A stretch of 64,000 nt of DNA, from contig JAFQSA010000010.1 of the NCBI GenBank assembly GCA_017409765.1, forward strand, positions 1,712 to 65,711, given 5' to 3'. Below are positions 36,270 through 45,671 of the stretch, in pieces. A program made the translations under genes and the position numbers. Under the pieces are notes generated by a model that was not told the DNA's origin, ran no database searches, and saw only the letters and a list, made by a program, of their open reading frames with translations. Within the stretch, counting starts at the first letter, position 1, and each line of letters begins with the position of its first letter. This DNA is from Clostridia bacterium. GTDB lineage: Bacteria; Bacillota; Clostridia; Christensenellales; CAG-314.

Positions 36270-37769
36270 ATGTCGAAACAAAAATTGAGCGCCGAGGAAA
36301 AAAAGGCTTTGGCGGAACAAACAAAAGCAGACAAGCAAGCGAAAAAGCAAGCCAACAAAACTGCTAAACAACAAAAACGTCAACAAAAGCGTCAAGCAAG
36401 GGCGGATGCCAAGCAAAAACGCCATGACGAGGCTTTTGCGCGCTTGACGCCTGATGAGCAAATGGAAATCACGTTGGAAAGCATTGCAAGTTTGCAACAA
36501 CACAACAAAAAGTGGTACAAATTGGATAACGCCGCTTTGATGTACCCAATGGTATCTCACGGATCTAGCCCTGCGGTGTTCCGTTTGGCCGTTCAACTGA
36601 AAGAGCCCGTTAACCCCGTTGTGTTGCAACATGCACTCAACGACGTCTACCCACGATTCCCCACCATTTGTGGCACAGTCGTTTGGGGATGGTTTTGGCC
36701 CTACGTGGACAAGCCCGCAAGCCCCATTGTTGTAAAAAAGCAAAAAAAGGTACCCGGTCGCCCCATTGCCGTAGATACAAGACGCAGTCAAATACGCGTA
36801 AACTACTTTGGCAATCAAATTGCTGTGGAGTTTTTCCACTCGGCAACGGACGGCACAGGCGGATTGATTTTCCTAAACAGTTTGCTACGTTGCTACTTTT
36901 TGCGACTGGGCATTGATTGCGAAAGAGTCAACTGTTGCGACCATCGTGACAAACCCACCCTCGAGGAAGTGCGCGACAACTTTGGCAAGATTGCCGTGCG
37001 CAAAAATCCACCACCCTGCCCACCAGTTGTAAAGGCAAAAGTTATCAAAGGAACCATCCTAAAGAACGGAAAATACACCACGTATCGCGGAATTTGCTCT
37101 GCAAAGCAACTGTACGACGTGGCAAAAGCGCACAACGCATCCGTTACGGAATTTTTGGGGGCGGTGCAACTGCTTGCCTTGAACAAACTTGCGCAAGCAA
37201 CAAATTGTCGCGACAAAAAGCCCATCCGTGTGCTTGTTCCAGTTAACCTTCGCAAACTCTACAACGTGGAAACGTTGCGCAACTTTAGCAGTTACATCTT
37301 CTACCAATACAACGGTCAAACGGAACTAAAGGACGTCATTGCCGACATCCAAGCGCAAACAAAAGCGCAAATGACGGACGACTACTTCCGCGGTATGGTA
37401 AGTTTCAACTACAACAGCGGTAACCATCCACTATTGAAACCGGTGCCATTGCCTTTGAAGCGCCTTGTGGTATCATCCGTTGTAAACGGTCGTGGCGAAG
37501 GTATTGTAAATGGCTCCATCCTATCCAACTTGGGTGTTGTAAAAGCACCAAAAGAGTTCCAAGATTTGGTTGTTAGGTACGAGTTTACCTTGGGCAAGCC
37601 CCACCGCTACACCAACTGTTTTTCGTTGGCTACCTACAACGACGTGTGCGTGATTTGCATCATGAGCAAGTACGAAGAACACGATTGCGAACGCGAGTTT
37701 TACACAACTCTTGCAAAGTTGGGTGTGGACCTTACAATCGAAAGTGACATTTGGGAGGACGAACAATGA
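36270..37769 (+). CDS. HxxxD-motif acyltransferase (condensation / alcohol-acetyltransferase-like) with a K/Q-rich N-terminal tail
   Basis: GGAGAAAAC RBS, a ~65-aa Lys/Gln/Ala low-complexity N-terminus, and the FHSATDGTGG motif. Confidence 0.75.
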   Translation: MSKQKLSAEEKKALAEQTKADKQAKKQANKTAKQQKRQQKRQARADAKQKRHDEAFARLTPDEQMEITLESIASLQQHNKKWYKLDNAALMYPMVSHGSSPAVFRLAVQLKEPVNPVVLQHALNDVYPRFPTICGTVVWGWFWPYVDKPASPIVVKKQKKVPGRPIAVDTRRSQIRVNYFGNQIAVEFFHSATDGTGGLIFLNSLLRCYFLRLGIDCERVNCCDHRDKPTLEEVRDNFGKIAVRKNPPPCPPVVKAKVIKGTILKNGKYTTYRGICSAKQLYDVAKAHNASVTEFLGAVQLLALNKLAQATNCRDKKPIRVLVPVNLRKLYNVETLRNFSSYIFYQYNGQTELKDVIADIQAQTKAQMTDDYFRGMVSFNYNSGNHPLLKPVPLPLKRLVVSSVVNGRGEGIVNGSILSNLGVVKAPKEFQDLVVRYEFTLGKPHRYTNCFSLATYNDVCVICIMSKYEEHDCEREFYTTLAKLGVDLTIESDIWEDEQ

Positions 37770-38479
37770 AATACTGCCCTAAATGTAACGTAAACGTTCA
37801 TCATCAACTAAAAACCTGCCCCCTTTGCGGACAGTATCTTGACGAAAAAAACAACAACGATAAGTGCGCCATTTATGTTGGTCAAGACGACATTGTTAAG
37901 TACCCAATTTTGAAAGAGCCACGCGCTGTGCCATTTTTCAAATCGCGCTTTAACGTGTTGCTACTTGCCGTGATGGTATTTTTGCTGATTGTGGACTTTT
38001 TGACGGACAAAGCGCTTGATTGGTCACTTTACACCACCATTGGCATTGTGTTTGTGCTTGCCTGCGTGATGCTACCCATCAACCGCAAGTTGAAAATTTC
38101 CGCGCAAATTCGCATTGACCTGCTGGTTTTGACGATACTTGCCATCTTTTTGGAACTATTCATTTGCAAGTGGAAGTTCCAATGGTTTGTGGTGGAGTTT
38201 GTTTTGCCCTGGTTGTACGTTGCAAGCATTGCGCTTGTGGACTTTTTGATGATTTTTGGCAGACGCAAGTCTAGATACTACTCCAGTTTGATCTACTGCA
38301 CATTTTTCAGTTTGTTGCCACAAATCACGCTTTGGATTTGCAATGCAGCAGGCTGGTACGAATCGGCAACCATGACCGACTCCTTTGTGTTTTTTGCAAG
38401 TTTGTTGCACTTTGTGTTTGTATCCGTTTTGCTACACAAGTACGTAAAAGACGAAATGGAACGCCGACTAAATATGTAG
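37766..38479 (+). CDS. Zinc-ribbon membrane protein (DUF6320-like, tentative)
   Basis: ATGA overlap with the upstream gene. It has an N-terminal CPKC...CPLCG motif followed by 5-6 TM helices. Confidence 0.75.
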   Translation: MKYCPKCNVNVHHQLKTCPLCGQYLDEKNNNDKCAIYVGQDDIVKYPILKEPRAVPFFKSRFNVLLLAVMVFLLIVDFLTDKALDWSLYTTIGIVFVLACVMLPINRKLKISAQIRIDLLVLTILAIFLELFICKWKFQWFVVEFVLPWLYVASIALVDFLMIFGRRKSRYYSSLIYCTFFSLLPQITLWICNAAGWYESATMTDSFVFFASLLHFVFVSVLLHKYVKDEMERRLNM

Positions 38480-38542
38480 TAAAATTGCACAAATTTGCGT
38501 AAAAAACAGCGACACGTGTTGCATTTTTAATAATTTTGAAAG

Positions 38543-38576
38543 AAAAAATCTCCACAATTTTGTGGAGATTTTTTTT
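38543..38576 (+). terminator. Intrinsic terminator
   Basis: AAAAAATCTCCACAA-TT-TTGTGGAGAT followed by T8. Confidence 0.85.
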
Positions 38577-38957
38577 GTTTTGCAAGACTAAAATATCGCC
38601 TGATTGATGGCTAAAAATAGGTTGCATACTTCCTAAAAACGCAACCATCATTTTGCAAATTGGTAAACAATTTTGCACTAAAACCTTTCAATTGGCAAAC
38701 GTAAAACCCCTTGCCAACACCAATAGTTCGGCAATATTTTTGTTGTAGGTATATCGACCAATCAAAGTGGAAAAAATGTTGTTGCAGGCACAAAAACTGT
38801 TGTATCAAAAGGTGGACGAGCACAGCGCGCCCTACGATTTGGACGTTAACAATTGTCACTTCAAACAGGCACACATTGTAGCACAGTTTTGGCAAAATAC
38901 ATAGTCTATAACAAAGGATACAGCGGTGGCCTGACAAAGCAGAAGGTGGTTAGCAAA

Positions 38958-39308
38958 ATGATAAGACGAGGGGAACTTTATTACGCGGATTTGAACCCTG
39001 TGGTGGGTAGCGAGCAAGGGGGCGTGCGCCCTGTTTTGGTGTTGCAAAATGACGTCGGCAACAAGTACAGCCCCACCATCATTGCAGCGGCAACCACAAG
39101 TAGGCTAACCAAGGCGAAACTGCCCACCCACATCGAAATTGCCAAGGAAAATTCGCCACTATCCAAAAACTCCATTGTGCTTTTGGAGCAAATCCGCACC
39201 ATCGACAAAAGTCGCATCAAGGAAAAAATTGGCGAACTTTCGCCGGAAATTATGCAACAAATAGATAACGCCCTACTTGTGAGTTTGGGATTTTTTACGA
39301 CGAATTGA
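38958..39308 (+). CDS. mazF: MazF/EndoA (NdoA)-type mRNA interferase toxin
   Basis: Start [32 protein letters not shown] is nearly colinear with B. subtilis EndoA. The RBS is AGAAGGTGG. Confidence 0.85.
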   Translation: MIRRGELYYADLNPVVGSEQGGVRPVLVLQNDVGNKYSPTIIAAATTSRLTKAKLPTHIEIAKENSPLSKNSIVLLEQIRTIDKSRIKEKIGELSPEIMQQIDNALLVSLGFFTTN

Positions 39309-39379
39309 ATATGGTATTTGTATTGAAAAAGCGACTGCAAATGCAGTCGCTTTTGATGTTAATATTTACAACATTATCT

Positions 39380-39406
39380 GCGGGAGGATGGTATCCTCCC
39401 CTACGA
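39380..39406 (+). repeat. REP-like hairpin
   Basis: The sequence is GCGGGAGGATGGTATCCTCCCCTACGAA. Confidence 0.8.
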
Positions 39407-39615
39407 ATTTTACTGAAAGCTAACTACTAAATTGCCACTTGAAAACAACTGATATAAATCCGGAAAAATACCAATTAAAAACAAAAAGGAGCACCACGTG
39501 TTCCTTTTTTTGCTATATTCAAGTGTGTTCAATTAATAATTTTACTAAATTATCTCAAGAATCTTGGTCGTTTTACAAACCAAATTTCAAGTTTATTTTA
39601 GCTACATTCACTAAT

Positions 39616-39737
39616 GGCTCCTTCTGGGAGGGAGCTGGCGCCGTAGGCGACTGAGGGAGAATGCAGTACTGGTGATAATTGCTTTCGTGGGCTCCTTCCA
39701 CCACTATCGTGGTCCCCCTCCCTCTCGGAGGGCGGCT
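39616..39737. repeat. MITE-like element variant overlapping the 3' end of the DUF559 pseudogene
   Basis: The left arm GGAGCTGGCGCCGTAGGCGACTGAGGGA matches the reverse complement of family A right arms. The right arm carries the hairpin CCCTCC-CTCTC-GGAGGG. Confidence 0.65.
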
Positions 39738-40081
39738 TTGACGACATGATCTATGTATTGGCAAACGGCTACAAAATTTGTATCAATTTGTATATTTGTA
39801 AAGCGCAATACTTTTAGATTGTAACCTTCGAGCACTTCTGTACGAAATGCATCACTTTGCAATCCTTGCTCGGAGTAATGTTGCGAGCCATCAATCTCGA
39901 TAATCAATTTTGCCTTGTGACAATAAAAATCTGCAATGTAATTGCCTATTGCCTTTTGCCGTTGAAATCTAATTTCGTACTTTTACAAAAAGTCAAACCA
40001 CAGATGGTTTTCTTGTGGGGTTGCATTTTTACGCAAGTTTTTAGCAAGGAGTATGTTGTTTTTGTTATAGTCAAGTGACAC
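39704..40081 (-). pseudogene. DUF559 (Vsr-like endonuclease domain) gene interrupted by an in-frame TAA
   Basis: My translation from GTG 40081 reads ...NLRKNATPQENHLWFDFL*KYEIRFQRQKAIGNYIADFYCHKAKLIIEIDGSQHY.... The stop lies at 39985..39983. Confidence 0.7.
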
Positions 40082-40150
40082 AGTTATACCTACAAAAAAA
40101 TTCTAACTTTTGCCGTCAAAAAGCAACAAGATTTTGCGAAATCGACTTAA

Positions 40151-40981
40151 CTAAATCGCCACTTCAAAGCGTTCGGCAAAGGGTTCGTACTCGTAGCCCT
40201 CCAGTGCAAAGTCGTCCACGGTAAAGTCGTAGAAGTTGGTAACGTTTTTGTTCATCACAAACTTGGGCGCGGGGTGAGGTGTGCCTTGGAGCATGCGTTC
40301 CACTTGTTGGATGTGGCGGTCGTAGATGTGACTGTCGGCAATGACGTGAACAAGTTCTCCAACTTGGAGTCCGCTAACTTGCGCCAGCATGTGTACCAAA
40401 ACGGCATATTGCACCACGTTCCAGTTGTTGGCAACGGCCATATCGTTGGAGCGTTGGTTCAAAATTGCATTGAGGCGTCCATCCACCACATTGAAAGTTA
40501 CCGAGTAGGCACAGGGGTAGAGGTGCATTTCGCTCAGATCCTTGTGAACGTAGATGTTTGTGATAATGCGACGGCTGTATGGATTGTGTTTGAGGTCGTA
40601 CAACACCTTGTCCACTTGATCCATGTCCCCCTCGGGGTAGTGACTTTTTACGCCAAGTTGGTAGCCGTACGCCTTGCCAATGGAGCCTGTTTCGTCCGCC
40701 CAACTATCCCAAATGTGGCTGTTGAGGTCGTTGACGTTGTTGCTCTTTTTTTGCCAAATCCACAGTAGTTCATCAATTGCCGCCTTGAACGCAGTACGTC
40801 TAAGCGTGATGATGGGGAATTCCTCAGCAAGATTGTATCTGTTTACCACGCAAAACACCTTTTTGGTGTGGGCAGGTGTGCCATCGTGCCAGCGTGTGCG
40901 GACGTTTTGGTTGGTATCCTCCCAGCCGTTTTGGATGATGTTTTGCATGTTTTGTTGGAAAATTAAGTCTGCTTTGCTCAT
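40151..40981 (-). CDS. thyA: Thymidylate synthase (B. subtilis ThyA type)
   Basis: Start MSKADL. The blocks VRTRWHDGTPAHT, ELLWIWQKKSNNVNDL, RSNDMA and FYDFTVDDF are colinear with B. subtilis ThyA. Confidence 0.9.
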   Translation of the reverse strand: MSKADLIFQQNMQNIIQNGWEDTNQNVRTRWHDGTPAHTKKVFCVVNRYNLAEEFPIITLRRTAFKAAIDELLWIWQKKSNNVNDLNSHIWDSWADETGSIGKAYGYQLGVKSHYPEGDMDQVDKVLYDLKHNPYSRRIITNIYVHKDLSEMHLYPCAYSVTFNVVDGRLNAILNQRSNDMAVANNWNVVQYAVLVHMLAQVSGLQVGELVHVIADSHIYDRHIQQVERMLQGTPHPAPKFVMNKNVTNFYDFTVDDFALEGYEYEPFAERFEVAI

Positions 40982-41046
40982 AAAAACCTCTTTGGTAGAA
41001 GATTGGATTGGACAGCGCAAAAGGGATGTTTTTTAACAATCCCTCC

Positions 41047-41097
41047 GTATTGCTACGCAATCCACCTCCCTTTGCACAAGGGAGGCACTATGCAATA
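41047..41097. repeat. Half copy of MITE family A inside the thyA leader
   Basis: The sequence is CAATCCCTCCGTATTGCTACGCAATCCACCTCCCTTTGCACAAGGGAGGCAC. Confidence 0.7.
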
Positions 41098-41139
41098 TTG
41101 CATAGCAATCAATATTTATCGCGTATTTTCTTACAAAAT

Positions 41140-41168
41140 ATTGTACCAAAATGCGCCCTGCAAGTCAA
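41140..41168 (-). promoter_or_regulatory. Promoter of thyA
   Basis: On the minus strand: TTGACT, a 17-nt spacer, then TACAAT. Confidence 0.7.
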
Positions 41169-41258
41169 TAGCAGAGCGCGTAAACAATGATTTGGATTTT
41201 TCATTATTGGGGCTAACAACAGGATATAAAGTGCTGATACTGTAACGAAGTTTGACTT

Positions 41259-41338
41259 GCCTCCCTTGTGTAAAGGGAGGTGCCTAGTAAACACGAGGCG
41301 GAGGGATTGTATACAGTTTGTTAGACAATCCCCAATCG
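41259..41338. repeat. MITE family A copy with a truncated right arm
   Basis: The left arm GCCTCCCTTGTGTAAAGGGAGGTGCCTAGTAAACACGAGGCGGAGGGATTG is present. The right arm ends after CAATCCCCAATCGG. Confidence 0.75.
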
Positions 41339-41427
41339 GTGGAAAAGTCCCCACCCTACCATTTGTTTGTTGCGGATTGATAGGCTGATGGTTAAATGCG
41401 GACAGTCGGGGACGCCTGTCCCTACAA
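41339..41427 (+). repeat. Two REP-like hairpins
   Basis: GGTGGAAAAGTCCCCACCCTACC, and GCGGACAGTCGGGGACGCCTGTCCCTACAA. Confidence 0.7.
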
Positions 41428-41486
41428 TTGTTACATATTACCTGTGTAGGAGAGGCATTTATTCAACAAATACAATCAAACAACCA

Positions 41487-42785
41487 CTAACAACTTAACG
41501 TTGCAACGACGTTTTGCATGGCGGAAAATGCGTTTGAGCCTTCGATGTAGGCACGGATTTTGGGCTCGGTGCCACTTTTGCGCAGTACCATTCGGCAATC
41601 GGGGTACAACTTTTTTAGTTGCAAGGCAATTTGCTCGAGGGATTTTTCCTCCGCCAAAGCAATGTTTTTGTCCGTCAAAGGGATACTTTTGGAAAGGTAT
41701 GGCAAATCGGTGCACTCGCGAGCGTATTGCAAAATACTACCCTTTTCCTTGAAGATTTTTGCAACAAACAGGGCGTTGATGATGCCGTCTGCCGTTGTTG
41801 CGTAGTCTGTCATCAAGTAGTGACCACTTTCCTCGCCACCGAAATTTAGGCTGTTTTTCGCCATCAAATTGAATACGTTTGTGTCGCCAACGTCACTACG
41901 AAGCAAAGTGATGCCAATGTTTTTGAGAGCGCTTTCCACACCACCATTTGTTAGCACCGTGCCAACGACGGTGTTCTTTTTGAGGGCGGACTTTTCCCTT
42001 AGGTACTTGCAAATGGCGTAAAAAACCTTGTTGTTGGGCACAAACTTTTCCCCTTCGAACACGGCTACGCGGTCGCAGTCGCCATCGAATGCAAAGCCCA
42101 GATGGAAGTTGCCACCAACAAGTTTGCTTTGCAAAAACTCCGTGTGGGTTGCGCCACAGTTGACGTTGATTTTGTCCCCACAAAGGGTGTCGCAATGGGC
42201 GGTTACTGATGCACCGACCTTTTCGAACACCTTGGTTGCCACGCGATAACTTGCGCCATAGCAACAATCCAGCGCCACGCGTAGCCCCTCCAAATTGACG
42301 TCAATGGCTCGAGTGACGTCTTCGGCGTAGATGTTTTGAATGTCGTAGAACACCGGTTCAAACAGTTTTTGTGGCGTAAAAGCGCGCGCAGATTGCCCCG
42401 ACATCATTGCCGAAACCACCTTTTGTTTGGCGGTGCAAAGTTTGACACCGTAGCGGTCGAAAACCTTTAGGCCGTTGTCGTTGGGTGGGTTGTGAGAGGC
42501 GGTTATCATCACGCCGTAATCGCCGCCAAACTTGCGCACAAAGTGTCCAACCGCATTGGTGGGCAACACCCCCAAGTTGATGACGTTGCCACCACCATCG
42601 TAGATGCCTTGCGACAGACATTGGAAAAGCCTTTCGCCGGAGTTGCGAGTATCTCTGCCAATCACAATGATTGGGCAATCATCCCCCAAAAGCGCCAAAG
42701 ATTTGCCAAGTAAAAAAGCAGTACCATCGTTTAGGGTACTGCTTCCGTATGTGCCACGGATTCCATCTGTACCAAAAAAATTCAT
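41487..42785 (-). CDS. glmM: Phosphoglucosamine mutase
   Basis: Start MNFFGTDGIRG follows GGAAGGGGGA. It contains the TASHNP active-site loop and FDGDCDR. Confidence 0.85.
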   Translation of the reverse strand: MNFFGTDGIRGTYGSSTLNDGTAFLLGKSLALLGDDCPIIVIGRDTRNSGERLFQCLSQGIYDGGGNVINLGVLPTNAVGHFVRKFGGDYGVMITASHNPPNDNGLKVFDRYGVKLCTAKQKVVSAMMSGQSARAFTPQKLFEPVFYDIQNIYAEDVTRAIDVNLEGLRVALDCCYGASYRVATKVFEKVGASVTAHCDTLCGDKINVNCGATHTEFLQSKLVGGNFHLGFAFDGDCDRVAVFEGEKFVPNNKVFYAICKYLREKSALKKNTVVGTVLTNGGVESALKNIGITLLRSDVGDTNVFNLMAKNSLNFGGEESGHYLMTDYATTADGIINALFVAKIFKEKGSILQYARECTDLPYLSKSIPLTDKNIALAEEKSLEQIALQLKKLYPDCRMVLRKSGTEPKIRAYIEGSNAFSAMQNVVATLSC

Positions 42786-42915
42786 AGTTTCCCCCTTCCA
42801 CATTTTCGTGGGCAAGACGTTTAGTTGAAAAAATGTTTTCTTTGGTATAGTGTATGCTGGAGTATGGACAAGTTATGACTGGTTTTGTGTTGTAATGATA
42901 CCGCTGAGGCGGTAT

Positions 42916-42984
42916 GCGGAAGAACATAGAATACGCCCCTACACAAGCAGATACAATGCGGGAGGATGATATCCTCCCCTACAA
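42916..42984 (+). repeat. Two REP-like hairpins
   Basis: One degenerate copy ends in CGCCCCTAC, and the other is GCGGGAGGATGATATCCTCCCCTACAA. Confidence 0.75.
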
Positions 42985-43050
42985 CTCGACATTGCTAGTT
43001 TTGCGCGTCGTCCCTCGACACAAATGGGACTTTGTCGCAAGATAACTTTG

Positions 43051-43944
43051 TTATTTTACAGTTTTGCTGTAGGATGCGGCAAAAAGTCCTGCTTTAGCGC
43101 CATCGCCACATGCCGTGACAATTTGCTTAAGTGGACCGTTGGTAACGTCCCCTGCGGCATACAAACCCTTGATGTTGGTTTGAGCGCGGTCGTCAACCAC
43201 AATGTAGCCACGTTGCATGTTGAGCCCTTCCACCTTGACAAAGTCGGTTGCTGGGGTAGATCCCACTGCAACAAACACGCCGGAAACACTCAGGCAAGTG
43301 GTTGCGCCGTCGGCAAAAACGTCGATGTATTGCACTTCGCTCTCCCCACCAATGGCGGAAACTGTGCCGTAGACAAGCTGCACGTTGTCCTTTGCAAGGA
43401 GCGCATCAATAACCTTTTGCTCGCCTGTGAGTTCGGAGTTGGCAACAAGGTAGACCGTTTTGCAAATGTCGGCTAGGTACAATGCCTCCTTTGTGGCGGA
43501 GTTGCCAGAGCCAACAACTGCAACGTCCAAATTGCGGTAGAAGTTGCCGTCGCACGTTGCGCAGTAACTGACGCCCTTGCCGATGTAGTCGTTTTCGATG
43601 CCAAGTTTGTTGTGGGTTGTGCCTGTTGCAACAATCACCGCATCAAATGTGTGTTGGCCTTTGTCGGTAGTGATGCAAAAGCCGTTGTCGCATTTAGTCA
43701 AAGATAGCACCTTTTGGCGAGTTTGTTTTAGCCCAAGTTGCTTGGCTTGAGTTGCCATGTTTTGAGCAAGTTCCCAACCTTCGATGGATGGGTAGGATGG
43801 GTAGTTTTCAATTTTGTCCAATGTGGCAACAAGACCGCCAAGGCCAAATTGCTCGAACAAGGTTACGTTTACGTTTGCGCGTAGCGCGTAGATTGCAGCG
43901 GAAAGTCCCGCTACACCGCCACCGATAATTGCGATGTTTTTCAT
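43051..43944 (-). CDS. trxB: Thioredoxin-disulfide reductase
   Basis: GGGVAG FAD motif and the redox-active CATCDG motif. Confidence 0.9.
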   Translation of the reverse strand: MKNIAIIGGGVAGLSAAIYALRANVNVTLFEQFGLGGLVATLDKIENYPSYPSIEGWELAQNMATQAKQLGLKQTRQKVLSLTKCDNGFCITTDKGQHTFDAVIVATGTTHNKLGIENDYIGKGVSYCATCDGNFYRNLDVAVVGSGNSATKEALYLADICKTVYLVANSELTGEQKVIDALLAKDNVQLVYGTVSAIGGESEVQYIDVFADGATTCLSVSGVFVAVGSTPATDFVKVEGLNMQRGYIVVDDRAQTNIKGLYAAGDVTNGPLKQIVTACGDGAKAGLFAASYSKTVK

Positions 43945-44119
43945 AGTGATTTTCCTTTGTTGATTTTGTGATTTGGTTGCAATGTGTTAGCATCAAAAGT
44001 AGATTTGTAACGGTTGCAACTGTTGTTTGCCTGTTTGTTACTACTGACGTTTTGTGTGATTATCAATACTGATGTGTGAGGGTTGAACTGTTGTTTTTTT
44101 GGAAAATTGCCGTCCAAAG

Positions 44120-44752
44120 TTAGTCCTCGAAGTCGTCCGTAGACACATCTTTGAACTTGCGAATAATGCTGTTAACAACGTCGAAATCAAAACCGCGATA
44201 CAGCAAAAATCTTTGCAGTTTTTGCATATTTTTGAGGTCACGTGGTTTGTTTTTGAGATATTTTTCCGCAAGAGCAGTTGCCGTTGCAAGTTGATCTTCC
44301 GTATCAATTTGCACTTGGTCGTCCACCTCCGCGTGGGAAATCCCCTTGTTGATTAGTTCCTGCTTGATGCGCCTTTGTCCCTTGTGCGATTTGCTTTGCT
44401 CGGCATACATCCTTGCATAGGCTTGGTCGTCAAGATACTTGTAGCCAATCAGTTTTTGGATAACAGCATCGACAACTTCCGTGGGGTAGCCCTTTTTGGT
44501 GAGATAATCGCGCATTTGCTTGGTTGTTTTCATTGCGCGCGCAAGGTAGTCCACCGCTTTGCCAAAGGCAACGGACGTTTCCGAATCCAACACGGCAGTT
44601 TTGATGATTTCCGTGTCTACATCCTTGCCAATTTTGAGCCCCAACTTCATTACCGTTAGCATTTCCAAAGCGAAAGCAAACTCGCCATCAAGGTAGATGT
44701 TGGCGCGAGATTTGTTGTTTTTTTGGATTTGCATATCGGTGATTGTGGGCAT
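44120..44752 (-). CDS. recX: RecX family regulatory protein
   Basis: Start MPTITD. It has a three-fold helical repeat with a YLDDQAYARMY-type motif. Confidence 0.75.
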   Translation of the reverse strand: MPTITDMQIQKNNKSRANIYLDGEFAFALEMLTVMKLGLKIGKDVDTEIIKTAVLDSETSVAFGKAVDYLARAMKTTKQMRDYLTKKGYPTEVVDAVIQKLIGYKYLDDQAYARMYAEQSKSHKGQRRIKQELINKGISHAEVDDQVQIDTEDQLATATALAEKYLKNKPRDLKNMQKLQRFLLYRGFDFDVVNSIIRKFKDVSTDDFED

Positions 44753-44960
44753 GGCACTTCCCCTTTGGTTGTTTGCACCATTATACCACAACTATTGCAA
44801 AAATACAAGAGTGTTTTGAGCAATATAAAATAATCAATATTGTTGTTTTACCATCTAAATGACACGTTTTGATGGCGGTTGCCCTTCAAAATGCTTTACG
44901 AAACAAACGATTGCTTTACCAATGTTGATTTGCAACTACCATTTTGCACGCCTGCCACCA

Positions 44961-45341
44961 TCAACCGTGCAAACTGTTGTACTTTTCCACCGCTTGACGA
45001 TACTTTTGCGCAAGTTTTTGGATGTAGGTTTGCTTTTGCTCGGGAGTGAGATTTGCCATGTAGTGTTGGTCGGCAAGGCGCATCAACGGATTGCTGATTG
45101 TTTCGTTACTGGTCAAAATGGCAACCACTTTGGCATAGAACTCCTGCTCTTCGCAAAAGCCATCGTAGTCGTAGATTTGCCTTTGCAATTTGCGATGTTG
45201 CTCCTCGGCAACCTTGTGTGGGGAGATGCCAAGTGTGGCGGCAACTTGTTTTTCGTGGGCAAGTTCCGCCTTGGCTTGCTCCCAAAAGCCGTTTTTCATC
45301 CTTTCTTTGGCGCGTTTGGCGTAGTCTTTTAGTGTGGACAT
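44961..45341 (-). CDS. Hypothetical 126-aa helical protein
   Basis: Start MSTLKDY follows GAGGT. I recognised no motif. Confidence 0.55.
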   Translation of the reverse strand: MSTLKDYAKRAKERMKNGFWEQAKAELAHEKQVAATLGISPHKVAEEQHRKLQRQIYDYDGFCEEQEFYAKVVAILTSNETISNPLMRLADQHYMANLTPEQKQTYIQKLAQKYRQAVEKYNSLHG

Positions 45342-45423
45342 AGTAACCTCGATGTAGATTGATAGATTTTGCTTGATGGGTAAATTTGTAACAATTTGGC
45401 ATTTTTTGTAGAAAAACGTCCGC

Positions 45424-45463
45424 AAAATAACAAAACTGCCTACCAAAATTTGGTAAGCAGTTT
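45424..45463 (-). terminator. Intrinsic terminator ending the rpsU transcript
   Basis: On the minus strand: AAACTGCTTACCAAA-TT-TTGGTAGGCAGTTT followed by TGTTATTTT. Confidence 0.7.
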
Positions 45464-45621
45464 ATCTTTTGTACATTATAGGTGTAAATAAGGCAGTGAT
45501 CGATTGATCACATAATGACGAAAGCGCGAGTAATGTTTGTTCAGCGCAAGCGTTTTGGCGGATAAAACGCAAACAAGACATGTGTTATTGTGAGGGCGCA
45601 TACCTGGAAGGTCTGTAACCG

Positions 45622-45671
45622 AACAAAACACATAGGATTGTGTAGTCGTTTTGCCGTCAAAAAACAAACAG
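45622..45671. repeat. 50-bp repeat, copy A (3' of rpsU)
   Basis: AACAAAACACATAGGATTGTGTAG-N3-TTTTGCCGTCAAAAA-N-CAAACAG is shared with 46248..46297. Confidence 0.8.

Noticed and set aside
38776-38904. 42-codon ORF upstream of mazF, considered as a candidate antitoxin.
   Set aside because: It has a weak RBS and ends 54 nt before mazF. It overlaps a REP remnant and shows no RHH or AbrB-like pattern. It is mentioned only as context for the mazF finding.
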